DNA of 64,000 nt from a virus. The notes under the pieces are model-generated. The model was not told where the DNA came from, made no database searches, and saw only the letters and a list, made by a program, of their open reading frames with translations. Both the position numbers and the translations under genes were made by a program. Shown one piece after another: positions 10,444 through 21,276 of the stretch (positions are counted from its first letter, which is position 1; every line of letters starts with the position of its first letter). The stretch spans positions 1 to 64,000 of IMG/VR virus record IMGVR_UViG_3300010970_000150. One strand, 5' to 3'.

Positions 10444-13400
10444 TGCCTAAAGAAATTGTATACTCTAGCGAAGAAGCATATAACAATGCTGTTCGCAGTG
10501 GAAATGTTAAGACTCCCAATGAGGAAGATGTTGCTGATATCAATCAACCGCTAGACGGCCCTGCTACAGCGGCTATCAAGGAAGAAATGACACCCGATGA
10601 AAAGGGTGAATATGTGGCTCAGATGATTAGCAGGTATGGAATACACGGATATGTTCCTACTTTTGAAGAGGCTATGGCTCATAGGGCTTGGAAGTCCAAG
10701 CAGGAAGTAAGTGCTTGGGAATCTATTTCTGGAGCGATGGAACATACTGCTGGTACGCTTGCTAATGGTGCTTGGGAACTGACTAAGGATGTTGCCACAC
10801 TGAAGGTTCCTAAGGTGCTTGGTTCTGTCGTTGAGGGTGCGGCTCTTGGAACGAAGAACTGGTTGTATATGTATGAGCAAGCCAAGTACGATGAAGATTC
10901 TTGGCTCCACAAAATGCTGTACGATACGCATTCTTCCGACCAAGACTACTACTGGAACCTGAAACAGTCGATTGAAACAAACAAGATGATTGCGAATGAT
11001 GAGCGTGATGGCATCATTGTTCCTCATCAAATTAACATTGGCGGTATGGATATTGACCTGACTAACCCTGCGGTTGTTCAGGCTATTTCTTATGTTGCAG
11101 ACCCTTCTTGGCTACTGCCAGAACTTGGCATTGAGGCTACTATTGCCAAGGGTATGCGTGGTGCGGCTGGCATTCTTCAGTTGAACGAACAACTTACTAA
11201 GGCCAGCGTATTTTCTACAAAGAAGGCTTCTACTCTTGCTGGTAAAGTTGGAGAAAAGGCTGGTGCTCTTGCTGGTCTTGTTGAAAGAACAGAAGAGAAA
11301 CTGATTGAATCTTTTAAGAATCTGACAGGAATGGATGCAGGAATTAGGGGTAGTGGTCAGGCTATCTATAAGGATAACCTTGTTCGTGGTGCGGCTGAAG
11401 GAGTTGGTGCTAACAATCTGCGTATTCCTGCTTGGGGTGTTACTACGCTTACTTGGGGTGCGGCTAAGATGACTGAAGTTGCGGCTAAGACCGCTGAACT
11501 TGGATTTGAACTTGCAAGTCAGGAATCAAAGATTGTTGGCCTTAGAATGTCTGAGCGTATTGCGGCTGAGTCTGCAAACCCTGTTGTAGCAAACCTTGCC
11601 AGAACTTGGTCTGTTACTGCGTCTCCTATGCTTGAATGGGGTACTGCTACTGCCAGAACATCGCTACATTCGGCTATGTATGGTGGTGCGTTTGGCCTTG
11701 TTATGGGTGGTGAAGACGGCTTCTATAACGGCCTTGGTACTGGCTTTGTTCTTGGTGGTGCATTCCACCAAATTGGCGTTGCCCACGGAGCAGTGTCTGG
11801 TGGCAATGCGGTTCAGGATGTTGTTAAGAACTTCCTTTGGGCTACCCAGCATTTTGAATACCACAATCAGGAGGGTCTTGCTAGACTGCTTCAGATTGTC
11901 GAAAAGGAGGGTGGCACTAAGGCTAAGTTGTCTACGATGGCTCAGGTCGGTGCGGCTGAAAGACTTCAGCGTAATGAGCGTAGGCTGTACCTGACGGAAG
12001 AACGAATCAAGAAGATGGCTCTTAGCCCTGAATGGGCTAAGTATGTTGAACTTCTTAATGACCCTAACTTTGGCGGTGTTACATTCCATCATACTGTCAA
12101 CGGAGAGAATGTAACTATCATCAATGTGGATAGGGCCGCTAAGTCTGCCCTCAGCGAAGAACTATTGCACACAGTTTTGCTTAACGACAGATACGCAGAG
12201 CCTTTCAAGAAGGCGGCTGTTGAAGCCCTTATTGGAACTGAAGACAATGCTGGTGCTCTTTACAGAATGCCAAAGGATGATGCTGTCAGACTCCTTGAGG
12301 CATTCAGAGATTCTTACCTCAAACTGGAAGGTTCTCTTAGTGATACAAACCCTGCCGCAATGGAGGCTATTCATCAGGATTTCAATCGTTCCATTGAGCA
12401 ACTTAAGAGGGGTGAAAGACCTACAACGCTTAGAACTGCCTTTGAAGAATTCCTGACCTCTTACTGGAATAGATTCATCGAAGAAAAGCCTATTGATTAC
12501 CTGCTTAATGGTGGTGACCTTGGCCTGATTAGAAACAGCATTGAGTGGGGCAAAGATGTGTATAGGGATATTATGCACAAAGACCTTACTGCCGCTGGTG
12601 CTAACTTTAAGTGGGGTACTAACCCTGATAATTTCTTTATCGAACAGAACACCAAGCAGAGAATTAGAATTCCGATGCTTGATAAACTGATGCGTCACTA
12701 TGTTAAGGAACTTGGTGGCGAAAGATACAAGGGATGGAAGAAGAATCCTGTTGTTCACTCCGACACTGGCGTTGCTTTTGCCAATGAACTTGAACATCTG
12801 TTCAACAAGGAAGGTGGTACTAAGGCTGAAATTCTTTCTGACGAAGTGTTGGCTGGTAATCAGACAAAGTCTTTGTTTGCCATTGTTGATGAACTATCTA
12901 AGGCTCCCTCTGACAAGCGTGGCCTTAAGTTTTCTTTCTATCAGGGAAACTCTGACAAGCCTGAGTATCAGTTCTCTTCTGCTAAGCCAAAAAAGCCTAA
13001 TCAAAAGGACAAAAGACCGACTCATCACGACAAGGAAAAGACTGTTGCTATGCCAACATCTAAATCTGATGATGCTCATTGGGCTGTAACCAGAAAAAAG
13101 TTAAAGGAAGTTTTTGGTGAAGATGTTAATTCTACACTTGAAGATGCTGATGTTAAGAACCTCAGAAAAAAGAAAGGTGAAATTCAGGAAGTCGATGTTG
13201 AAGAAAATGTTGGCTGGGACAAGATGGAGAGAGACGATGACGGATTCTGGAAGAGCAACTGGCAGGGTAATCCTAGAATTAAGATTACAGGTAAGGCTAC
13301 TGACTATGAACTGAAGGTTCTGGCTAAGTATCTTCCTGAGAACACTGTTAAGCGATTTGCTCAACTTAACACTGTCATTGAACGCTCTAGACAGGGTATG

Positions 13401-16400
13401 CTTGGTTCTATCAGCAATACCCTACAGGCTCCTATTCTTACTAAGAGCAGAGAAAAGGAAAGCGGTGCTAGAGAGCGTGGCTTTAAAACCAGACACAGCA
13501 CTTTCATTCCTGTTGAAGTTAATATGTACTTCCAGAGAACTAAGGTTGGCGAGCCTAACGAGGCTGGAGTTCAGAAGTACAAGATGGGTGATGCTCAGTT
13601 GCTTGTTAAGGCAATCGATATGGATGCCTTTATGACAAGAGTTGACTACTCTTGGAACAAGTTGGACGAGAAGGGCGTTGACTATAAAATGGTCAGACGA
13701 CTGTTTGGCACAAAGGAAAACCTTGTCGAAGCCGCTAAGGCTTTGCTTAGCAACTACAGCAACGGAGAAAAGGCTGAGGCTGGTGCTAAGATGTTCCAGT
13801 CTAACACGACATCGATTCGTGAAGCCGCTCATATGCGTGACATTGTAAACGCTGTCATTGGCTTCCACCCTACAAAGGAAATGCTTCAGAGTGGTATGAA
13901 GATGATTAGCCGCTCTGAGGGCAACTACCCTCTTAAGATGCAGAGAAGAAACACCGATAAAAAGGTGTCTATGCCTACTGTTATGACTGACTTTAACATC
14001 AGTCGTATTGGTACTCTTCGTGCTCTTGATGGCGAAGGATTCAGATATGACCACGACAATGCCTATGTCCGTTCTCAGTTTAACTTCTCCCCTGCCAAGG
14101 GTGGTCGTGACCACGAAGGCAGTTTCATTCCTGCCAGTGCTGAGCGTATCCTTAAGAACACTGTCTACAGAAACAAAGACGGAGAAGTGCTTGCTGTTTA
14201 TGACCTGAAAAAGGCCACTGCCGAAAGATATAAGATTACAACTGAGCCTTCTGTTTACGACTATGTCGATGATGGTCTTGGTCGTATGTTTGACATTGCG
14301 ATTCCTACGCTCAGAGGCTCTCAGTATTCTACGCAAAGCGGGTGGGTTCATTATACCCCTGACGGCTTTGAGGCTGGCCTTGTTGCAGATAAGCGTCTTG
14401 TCACTGGGTACATTGATACGCAGAGACACCTAGACATTAGCCAGATTCCTCACAACGCAGACTACAAGACTGCGATTGACACTGTAGTTCAGCGTGTTTC
14501 TCAGATTACTTCTAAGAATGCAGAACAGGTTCTTAACGACATCCTGAAACTTAGAGATGAAGACGGCACTACATTTAGAGAACTGTATTCAAGTCAGCCT
14601 GAAAGCATCCTACAGCACGAAGGAAGAAGTATGGATAACTGGCTTCTTACCAGAGACAATATCGACTTCTTTAACAATCTTGGCATTCACTCTGTCGAGT
14701 ACCTTGCACTTAACGAACTGAACGGAAACGAGTACTCCGCTGTTGCCGTCTATGACAACAAGAGATTTATTGAAAATGTCAGCAAGCGTTCACAGACAGA
14801 GCAGTTTAACTTCTCTCCTGCAAAGACAGTTCACGAAAGATTTGAGAAGGTAATTGCTAAGGCTGGTCACGAAAGAGCGTTGCTTGATTATGTCCTCAAT
14901 GAGAATGGAGAGGCTGTTCCTAACACGAGAAAGATTGGTCAGCACGACATCAAAAGAATCATTGATGAAGAGCGAGCCAGCATTCAGAAGACTATTGATG
15001 ACCTAAAGAAACTTAAACTTACTCAGGAAGAAATCCACGAGCGTGGAGTTAAGGTTCTTGTACCTATGGTTAAGGCAAAACTCAGGGCTGAGTTCAAGTT
15101 TGCCCCTGACGCTGTCCTACAGCAGATTGCAGAAGTTTCCCTTAGAGGATACAACATCACAAGTGGAGGCAATATTGTGATGAACGACAGCGTATTTATT
15201 AAGAATGCCAGAAGGTATGGAATCACCTCCAGAAAGTTGCTTGAGACTGGCATTCCTATGCTTGCTCACGCCGCTGAGATGACAGAAGCAGAGTTTGCGG
15301 CACTCAAGATGTTCCCCAAATACAAGGAAATCCTGAGACAAGGACGAGAAGCAGAACTTGCATTCCTAAAGACAGAGGAAGGTAAGAATATGTTTGAGCA
15401 TATTAACCAGCATATTATGGTTAAGCACGGAGGTTGGTCTGGCTTCTTTGATGCTATTGATAAGCGTCACCAAGGATTGATGCTCTTCGTTGATAAGGAG
15501 ATTATGGTAAAGAAGTCGGTAGACGGCTCTCAGATTTCAGCAATCAATCAGAAGAAACTGAAGGAACTGTTCGTAAAGAAGACCAGAGAGTTTGTTCTTG
15601 AGTCTCTCAGAAAAGACAACCTGTCGCTCGCTCAGCGTAAGGCACTCAATGAACTTCATAACCTTGGCAGAATGGAGTACGCAAACCCTGAAGGTCTTAT
15701 CAAGGAGACATTCTTTGACAGGGAGTCTGAACTTGCCTACACAAGACTTAACGAACTTCAGGCTAAGATTGACAGTATTTGGACTCAGGAGGCCAGTGCT
15801 AGAGTAGACGATATTCTTTCTGCTTACAACATTGAGGGCAGAAACGCCACAGCCATTGAGTGGGTTCGTGCCAATCTTTATGACGAGTCTGCCAAAGGTC
15901 TGCTTGAACTTGGCACTCCTGAAGCAATCAAAAGAGCCGTTGAACTGTATGCGTTCTTCAGCAAGGAAGCACACGGAGAGGTCTTTGATGTACAACAGGC
16001 GATAACAAAGAACTATGTTGATGCTCTTGCTAATCTTGAAAGCAAGGGTTACTACGGCTCTAACTGGGCGTTACAGGCACACGCTGGTAAACACTTTGAT
16101 GTTACTGATAAGTATGTTCTTGGAACTCATATGTGGAGATTTGAAGGTTCTGACTACACAGTAATTGAGCGTCTTCCTCATAACGGAGAACTGTCTACCG
16201 CTGAATCAATGAAGTGGAAGTACATTGAAATGTATGACCGCAACGGAAAGGTTATTTTTTCTGATAGATTCCTAAAGGAGTCTAGCGATAAAGAAATTGA
16301 TAATGCTAGAAAAAACTTTTTAAGACTTGCCACAAAGAAAGTAGACAATGCGGCTAGAAAACTTGGTCTGTTCTCAGACCATTACGAAGTAGTTGGCCCC

Positions 16401-19400
16401 AAGAAAGACTTCATCCTTAGAAGCCTTATGGATGAAAAGGGTCAGGCTATCCCTGAAAACTTTGACAACTGGGAACTGAGAGCAAAGGGAGACACCTATG
16501 TAGCCATTCAGCGTACAGACCAAGGCACTGATATCCAGTCTGTGCTTAACAAGAACGGCTCTTACGCAGGATTTAAGATTCTTCCTGAGATGACTCTTGA
16601 TGCAAATGGAAACAGAGTTGATTCTGGAAGAACACGCCTTGGCCCTTCTGGTCAGAAGACGACTGTAAAGGCTGAGATTGAAACGCTTAAAAAGATTCTT
16701 GCTGAAGGTGCTCCTATTACCATCAGGAAGGAAAAGAAGGTAAGAGAAATCAAGAAGGTAAAGGGAGGCTACGGCAATGGTAAGCCTGTCTATGAAACTG
16801 TTACCAAGATTGTATTTGAAGACACAGGCAAGAGAAGACCGCTTGAACTTTCTGAAAAGGTTCATCTAAGCGAACAACTTACTAGACTTCAGGGAATCCA
16901 ATATGGTGATACTGGAACCATTTTCCAGATTGATGGTAAGTATAACATTGTATTCCCTCCTGATGCTGAGGGTATCAATACGATTGAGAAAAGAACTAAG
17001 GCTCTTAGACAACTTAAGACATCTCAGTCTCCTAACATTGCCTTTGATGCATACCTTGACCGAGTCTACAATGACTTTGGCAAGAGACTTAGGGAGAGAA
17101 AGAGAACCGAACAGCGTCTGATTGACACAATCCTCTCTGACGGAGAGAACGGAAACCTTGCGAAGATGAAGGCTCTTGAGGCTGAGATTCGTGATGGTGA
17201 GTCCAAGTGGAAGCAGTACATCAAGAAGCGTACACAGGAACTCAATGTTGAACAGAAGCGTAATAAACTTCCCCCTCTTAATGTACTTGATGTAATCAAG
17301 ATTATCGAGAAGCAGTTGGATGCGGCACAGAAGGGTTCCGTATACCACGGAGACAAGGTTCTAGTTCTTGAACACCAACTTAGACAGTATGGTGCTCTTG
17401 AAAGAATGGAATTGATGTCCGAAACTGAGAGAGATGCGTGGATGACCCAGTATGCATTCCTCAAGGAAGACGGCAAGGCAGACCAGCACCTACTTGCTCC
17501 AGACCCTGCTGAGTCTAAGATGGCTTTTGTCCAGAGAATCAGACAGCAGATTCTTCAGTCTAAGCAGAAGCAGGTTGAGTTTAGAAGGTCTTACGATGAG
17601 ATTAACGGACTTGTTGAAGGCAACAGTGCCATCAAGGAGAAGGCTCTCTATCAGATTGAGTTTCTTGCTCAGCAGTATGCCGCCGCCAAGGGCCACAAAC
17701 TTAGCGACAAGTTCCTCCGTGAGGTAACACTTGAAGAGGCTATGGAGAATAGTGGTTCTTCTAGATACGGAGTTAAGGAAACAAAAATCAGCGTTGATTC
17801 ACTGAAGAAACTTGGACTGCACCCCAAGACACAGCCTAGATATATGCCTGATGAGTTTGGCATTCTTGGCAAGGGTTCTAAGTCGTTTACTACTCACGAA
17901 GAATACAAGAAAGCCTTTGAAGAAGGACTCACTTATGTCAGAGACAGATGGCATACCGCCTCAAACAAGGACGCTTTGGAACTTCAGGGCATCCTTGATA
18001 TGGGCTTCCAGCATTTGACCAGTGGTGAAAGCACTGCTGAAAAGAATGTCAGCAAGGAACTGGAAAAGATTAAAAAACTTAGCAAGATTCAAGACCCAAA
18101 GTTGAAGGCTTGGATGCTAGACCCGCTTAACCAGAACTTCATCGATGATGTAATCAAGAAGTACAAGGACAATTTCTACGATAAAGATGAAGCAATCAGG
18201 GCTATCGAAGAGAAGTATGATTTTGAGCGTCTTGGTAAGTATGGAAGAATCCTGAAGGGTGCTGAGGCAAGACTGCGTGAAACCAACCAGTCTCTTGCTA
18301 ATCATTTCATCGAACTGGACAGCCTTACTAACATCAGTCAAGCGTTTGGAAACCAGTTCAGACTTCCTGATGGCTCGCTTGACCTGAGAGCGGTTGAAAA
18401 CATTGAAACAATTGAGAAGTCCAAGAGAGCAAAGGAAATTGTTTCCATTGTACGCAAACTTGAGGCTAAGCGTCTTGCACTTGAAAAGAGAATCAAGAGT
18501 GCCATTGATTCTGTAGAAGACCCTAACGCTCCTGCTGGTGCTCATACGGAAGAGTTCAAACAGATGGTGGCTGAGCGTAAGATTGCCCAGCAGGTCAGGG
18601 ATAGGGTTGCTGAAAACGAAAAGCAGAATGCCACTCAGATGGAGCAGTGGAGAACTGAAGCCAGAGCAGAAGCAGAACAGTTGTTCCAGCGTTACAACAA
18701 GAGGGCTACTGAACTTGGTATGCGTGACTCTGAAGTAAGAATCGACCCTGCCAGCCCAGATGGACAGCGGTTCTTCTTTATGTTCCCCTCACTGTCTTGG
18801 GACTTCTTTGGCCCTATTCATTCCTTTGACTGGTCTGTTACTACTGATACCTATGGCCCTCACGCTGGTGAGTCTGCTGTTGGTGAGACATTCAGAAGCC
18901 TTAGAGGTAGCACTGAAAACGAGGTAGCCTCAAATGAGCGTAGGCGTAACGCTGGTCGCACAGTTTATCTGGCTGACTATATGTTCCGTGCCGAACAGAT
19001 TAAACTGTACCACGAAAAGAACCCTGATGCCAAGATGACAGCCGAGCATTCTATGCTACTGTCCTTGTTCCATCCTGAGGTTGCTAAAGACCCTGTCTTC
19101 ATCGACAAGCAAAGCAAGATTGCCCCTGACAAATTGGCAAGACAGATGGAACTGTCTCAGGGTATCAGAGACAAGTTCAAGAGCGGAACTGAGCGTGAAA
19201 GATTTGTCCGCACCTATGCGTATGAAGCCCTTCAGTTGCTTATGGGTTCTCAGTCCCTGAGAATCGAAGCGTTCAAGAGACTCAGAGGTCTTAATGATGT
19301 TGAGTTTGAGTCGTTCAAGAACTCAAGAAGCCCTGAGCAGGTTGAAGCCGCACTCAGAGACAAGGAAGTGATTGAGAACGCTATGTACTTGATTCGTGAC

Positions 19401-20978
19401 GCTAATGGTTACGCATTCCTAAAGCCTCAGGCCGATTCTAATCCTTATAACTGGAAGACTGGCGAAGTTGCTAACGGAAAAGACAAGCCACTGCTTAAGG
19501 ACAAGAAGCGTCAGGCGTTCCTTACTGGACACGGAGGACACTTCGGTATCCCCATTGACAGCCTTGTCAGAATGGAAGGCTTTAAAAAGGTCTGGGAAGA
19601 AGAACTTGGTTCCTACTCTACGACCTCTATGTTTGATGAAGGTAACCAGTCCTACATCAAGCGTAAGTACGAAGAAATGCCCCTGTGGCAGAGAATGAAC
19701 CTGCAAACAAGCACAGCCAACAGGCTTATGCTTGAGAACAAGCAGGGTATGGCACAGTACCAGCAGGAAGCACACGACAGAAGAGCCAACAAGCCTCTCT
19801 GGTTCCCAGAACAACTTGATAGGGTTGAGCACGGAGGTGATTTTTCCAAAAACGCTGACTACGAGTATCAGAGAGTCGAAAAACTTCTGACTACAACTCT
19901 TGCGGTTGAGTCTTCTATTCAGAAATTCAAGAAAGATGGAGTGAAGGCGTTTATTACCGAAAGACAGTTTGCCCTTCATCACTTGCTATCGCTAAACGAT
20001 GGTCTTGCCTTCTCCAATCTGGACTGGAGCAACACTGATGCAGGCTCGTTCCGAGAATCCAATGACGGAAGATACATCATTAAGAAGGTTGGCGATGACC
20101 ACTTCGAAGTGTTCTTTGCTGGCGAGAAGATTAAGAACGCCAGCGGTGTTCAGGTTCTTGAGATTCCTACAGTCCAAATGGGCATTGTTGAGAATGTAAC
20201 TCAGGCTCAGGTGCTTGTCAGATTCTACGAAGACGACATTAAGGGTATCAGGATTGCCTCTAACGCTATCACTGGTGGAGACAACAACACCCCTTGGAAG
20301 GTGGGCAATCAGCCTATGCCAGCCGACAAGACTGGTGCTGTAATCAAGTCCATTAAGTACGCTCCTCAGTTCTCTGAGACAGTCATTAAACTGTATGAAC
20401 AGAACAAGGGTTCGCCTCACTACTCTCAGGTGATGCGTGATATGCTGGCTGAACTTAAGTTTGATGGTGAGAACTACGCAGAGAACCAGTATGTTCAGTA
20501 TGTAACTGCAAACGGAACCATTGATACTCCTTTTGTGCTTATTACTCCTACAAGGGAAGGAGAACTAGCACGAACGCACACAAGGGGTACAAACTCTAGC
20601 GGTCACACAGTGTGGGAACTCAAGCCCAAGGTTGAGGCTCCTGATGTTCCTGCTACTGGCTCTACGCCTGATGCGGCTGAGAATGTTCACGCCCCTGTAC
20701 ATACATCTGACAACAAACCCACGGCCCCCGAAACACAGGCCGTGTCTGATGCCTCCAGTTGGAGAATCGAGTCCAGAATCCCCTCCAAGGCTGGAGAAGT
20801 GTACTCTGAATGGGCTACCATCAGAAACAAACTGAACTACCTTATGGTGCGTCTGAGAGACGAGAAAGGTATCTCTGTGTTCAGGCTGTTTAACCCTGCT
20901 TCTGGCTATGTAGGCCAATTTCGCAGAGAACAGGAAGCGGTTGACGCTGTCCTCAGAGAGGAGAGAACTAAGCGATGA
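10443..20978 (+). CDS. Giant ejection / polyvalent protein, copy A' (3511 aa)
   Basis: Gly/Ala-rich hydrophobic N-terminal segment; zincin-like EELLH..EEF; degenerate ART-like domain between two QFNFSPAK motifs; about 1200-aa core alignable to 55752..63512. Confidence 0.8.
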   Translation: MPKEIVYSSEEAYNNAVRSGNVKTPNEEDVADINQPLDGPATAAIKEEMTPDEKGEYVAQMISRYGIHGYVPTFEEAMAHRAWKSKQEVSAWESISGAMEHTAGTLANGAWELTKDVATLKVPKVLGSVVEGAALGTKNWLYMYEQAKYDEDSWLHKMLYDTHSSDQDYYWNLKQSIETNKMIANDERDGIIVPHQINIGGMDIDLTNPAVVQAISYVADPSWLLPELGIEATIAKGMRGAAGILQLNEQLTKASVFSTKKASTLAGKVGEKAGALAGLVERTEEKLIESFKNLTGMDAGIRGSGQAIYKDNLVRGAAEGVGANNLRIPAWGVTTLTWGAAKMTEVAAKTAELGFELASQESKIVGLRMSERIAAESANPVVANLARTWSVTASPMLEWGTATARTSLHSAMYGGAFGLVMGGEDGFYNGLGTGFVLGGAFHQIGVAHGAVSGGNAVQDVVKNFLWATQHFEYHNQEGLARLLQIVEKEGGTKAKLSTMAQVGAAERLQRNERRLYLTEERIKKMALSPEWAKYVELLNDPNFGGVTFHHTVNGENVTIINVDRAAKSALSEELLHTVLLNDRYAEPFKKAAVEALIGTEDNAGALYRMPKDDAVRLLEAFRDSYLKLEGSLSDTNPAAMEAIHQDFNRSIEQLKRGERPTTLRTAFEEFLTSYWNRFIEEKPIDYLLNGGDLGLIRNSIEWGKDVYRDIMHKDLTAAGANFKWGTNPDNFFIEQNTKQRIRIPMLDKLMRHYVKELGGERYKGWKKNPVVHSDTGVAFANELEHLFNKEGGTKAEILSDEVLAGNQTKSLFAIVDELSKAPSDKRGLKFSFYQGNSDKPEYQFSSAKPKKPNQKDKRPTHHDKEKTVAMPTSKSDDAHWAVTRKKLKEVFGEDVNSTLEDADVKNLRKKKGEIQEVDVEENVGWDKMERDDDGFWKSNWQGNPRIKITGKATDYELKVLAKYLPENTVKRFAQLNTVIERSRQGMLGSISNTLQAPILTKSREKESGARERGFKTRHSTFIPVEVNMYFQRTKVGEPNEAGVQKYKMGDAQLLVKAIDMDAFMTRVDYSWNKLDEKGVDYKMVRRLFGTKENLVEAAKALLSNYSNGEKAEAGAKMFQSNTTSIREAAHMRDIVNAVIGFHPTKEMLQSGMKMISRSEGNYPLKMQRRNTDKKVSMPTVMTDFNISRIGTLRALDGEGFRYDHDNAYVRSQFNFSPAKGGRDHEGSFIPASAERILKNTVYRNKDGEVLAVYDLKKATAERYKITTEPSVYDYVDDGLGRMFDIAIPTLRGSQYSTQSGWVHYTPDGFEAGLVADKRLVTGYIDTQRHLDISQIPHNADYKTAIDTVVQRVSQITSKNAEQVLNDILKLRDEDGTTFRELYSSQPESILQHEGRSMDNWLLTRDNIDFFNNLGIHSVEYLALNELNGNEYSAVAVYDNKRFIENVSKRSQTEQFNFSPAKTVHERFEKVIAKAGHERALLDYVLNENGEAVPNTRKIGQHDIKRIIDEERASIQKTIDDLKKLKLTQEEIHERGVKVLVPMVKAKLRAEFKFAPDAVLQQIAEVSLRGYNITSGGNIVMNDSVFIKNARRYGITSRKLLETGIPMLAHAAEMTEAEFAALKMFPKYKEILRQGREAELAFLKTEEGKNMFEHINQHIMVKHGGWSGFFDAIDKRHQGLMLFVDKEIMVKKSVDGSQISAINQKKLKELFVKKTREFVLESLRKDNLSLAQRKALNELHNLGRMEYANPEGLIKETFFDRESELAYTRLNELQAKIDSIWTQEASARVDDILSAYNIEGRNATAIEWVRANLYDESAKGLLELGTPEAIKRAVELYAFFSKEAHGEVFDVQQAITKNYVDALANLESKGYYGSNWALQAHAGKHFDVTDKYVLGTHMWRFEGSDYTVIERLPHNGELSTAESMKWKYIEMYDRNGKVIFSDRFLKESSDKEIDNARKNFLRLATKKVDNAARKLGLFSDHYEVVGPKKDFILRSLMDEKGQAIPENFDNWELRAKGDTYVAIQRTDQGTDIQSVLNKNGSYAGFKILPEMTLDANGNRVDSGRTRLGPSGQKTTVKAEIETLKKILAEGAPITIRKEKKVREIKKVKGGYGNGKPVYETVTKIVFEDTGKRRPLELSEKVHLSEQLTRLQGIQYGDTGTIFQIDGKYNIVFPPDAEGINTIEKRTKALRQLKTSQSPNIAFDAYLDRVYNDFGKRLRERKRTEQRLIDTILSDGENGNLAKMKALEAEIRDGESKWKQYIKKRTQELNVEQKRNKLPPLNVLDVIKIIEKQLDAAQKGSVYHGDKVLVLEHQLRQYGALERMELMSETERDAWMTQYAFLKEDGKADQHLLAPDPAESKMAFVQRIRQQILQSKQKQVEFRRSYDEINGLVEGNSAIKEKALYQIEFLAQQYAAAKGHKLSDKFLREVTLEEAMENSGSSRYGVKETKISVDSLKKLGLHPKTQPRYMPDEFGILGKGSKSFTTHEEYKKAFEEGLTYVRDRWHTASNKDALELQGILDMGFQHLTSGESTAEKNVSKELEKIKKLSKIQDPKLKAWMLDPLNQNFIDDVIKKYKDNFYDKDEAIRAIEEKYDFERLGKYGRILKGAEARLRETNQSLANHFIELDSLTNISQAFGNQFRLPDGSLDLRAVENIETIEKSKRAKEIVSIVRKLEAKRLALEKRIKSAIDSVEDPNAPAGAHTEEFKQMVAERKIAQQVRDRVAENEKQNATQMEQWRTEARAEAEQLFQRYNKRATELGMRDSEVRIDPASPDGQRFFFMFPSLSWDFFGPIHSFDWSVTTDTYGPHAGESAVGETFRSLRGSTENEVASNERRRNAGRTVYLADYMFRAEQIKLYHEKNPDAKMTAEHSMLLSLFHPEVAKDPVFIDKQSKIAPDKLARQMELSQGIRDKFKSGTERERFVRTYAYEALQLLMGSQSLRIEAFKRLRGLNDVEFESFKNSRSPEQVEAALRDKEVIENAMYLIRDANGYAFLKPQADSNPYNWKTGEVANGKDKPLLKDKKRQAFLTGHGGHFGIPIDSLVRMEGFKKVWEEELGSYSTTSMFDEGNQSYIKRKYEEMPLWQRMNLQTSTANRLMLENKQGMAQYQQEAHDRRANKPLWFPEQLDRVEHGGDFSKNADYEYQRVEKLLTTTLAVESSIQKFKKDGVKAFITERQFALHHLLSLNDGLAFSNLDWSNTDAGSFRESNDGRYIIKKVGDDHFEVFFAGEKIKNASGVQVLEIPTVQMGIVENVTQAQVLVRFYEDDIKGIRIASNAITGGDNNTPWKVGNQPMPADKTGAVIKSIKYAPQFSETVIKLYEQNKGSPHYSQVMRDMLAELKFDGENYAENQYVQYVTANGTIDTPFVLITPTREGELARTHTRGTNSSGHTVWELKPKVEAPDVPATGSTPDAAENVHAPVHTSDNKPTAPETQAVSDASSWRIESRIPSKAGEVYSEWATIRNKLNYLMVRLRDEKGISVFRLFNPASGYVGQFRREQEAVDAVLREERTKR

Positions 20979-21274
20979 GCGACCCTACCCTCCAAGACCT
21001 TCTTGACGAGTTCAAGAAGACAGGGTGGCTGTTTGCCATTCTTGGAGGGGCTGGTATGCTGGCTAGGCTTATCCTAACTGACGAAAAGTATCACACGACC
21101 CGCTGGTTTAGAATGGTAATGGCAGGGGCTATTGTAGGGGTAATCTGCTATTTTGCCCTACATCAGACTTCTATTGACCCTTTCTATAAAAGCGTACTAT
21201 GCTCAATTTCAGGTTCTATTGCCCCTGAGTTGTTTAACTGGGTGCGGAAGAAATTTTTACAAAAAGCCGAATAA
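20975..21274 (+). CDS. Holin
   Basis: 99 aa, 2-3 hydrophobic segments, basic C-terminus; close paralog at 63509..63814. Confidence 0.7.
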   Translation: MSDPTLQDLLDEFKKTGWLFAILGGAGMLARLILTDEKYHTTRWFRMVMAGAIVGVICYFALHQTSIDPFYKSVLCSISGSIAPELFNWVRKKFLQKAE

Positions 21275-21276
21275 CT

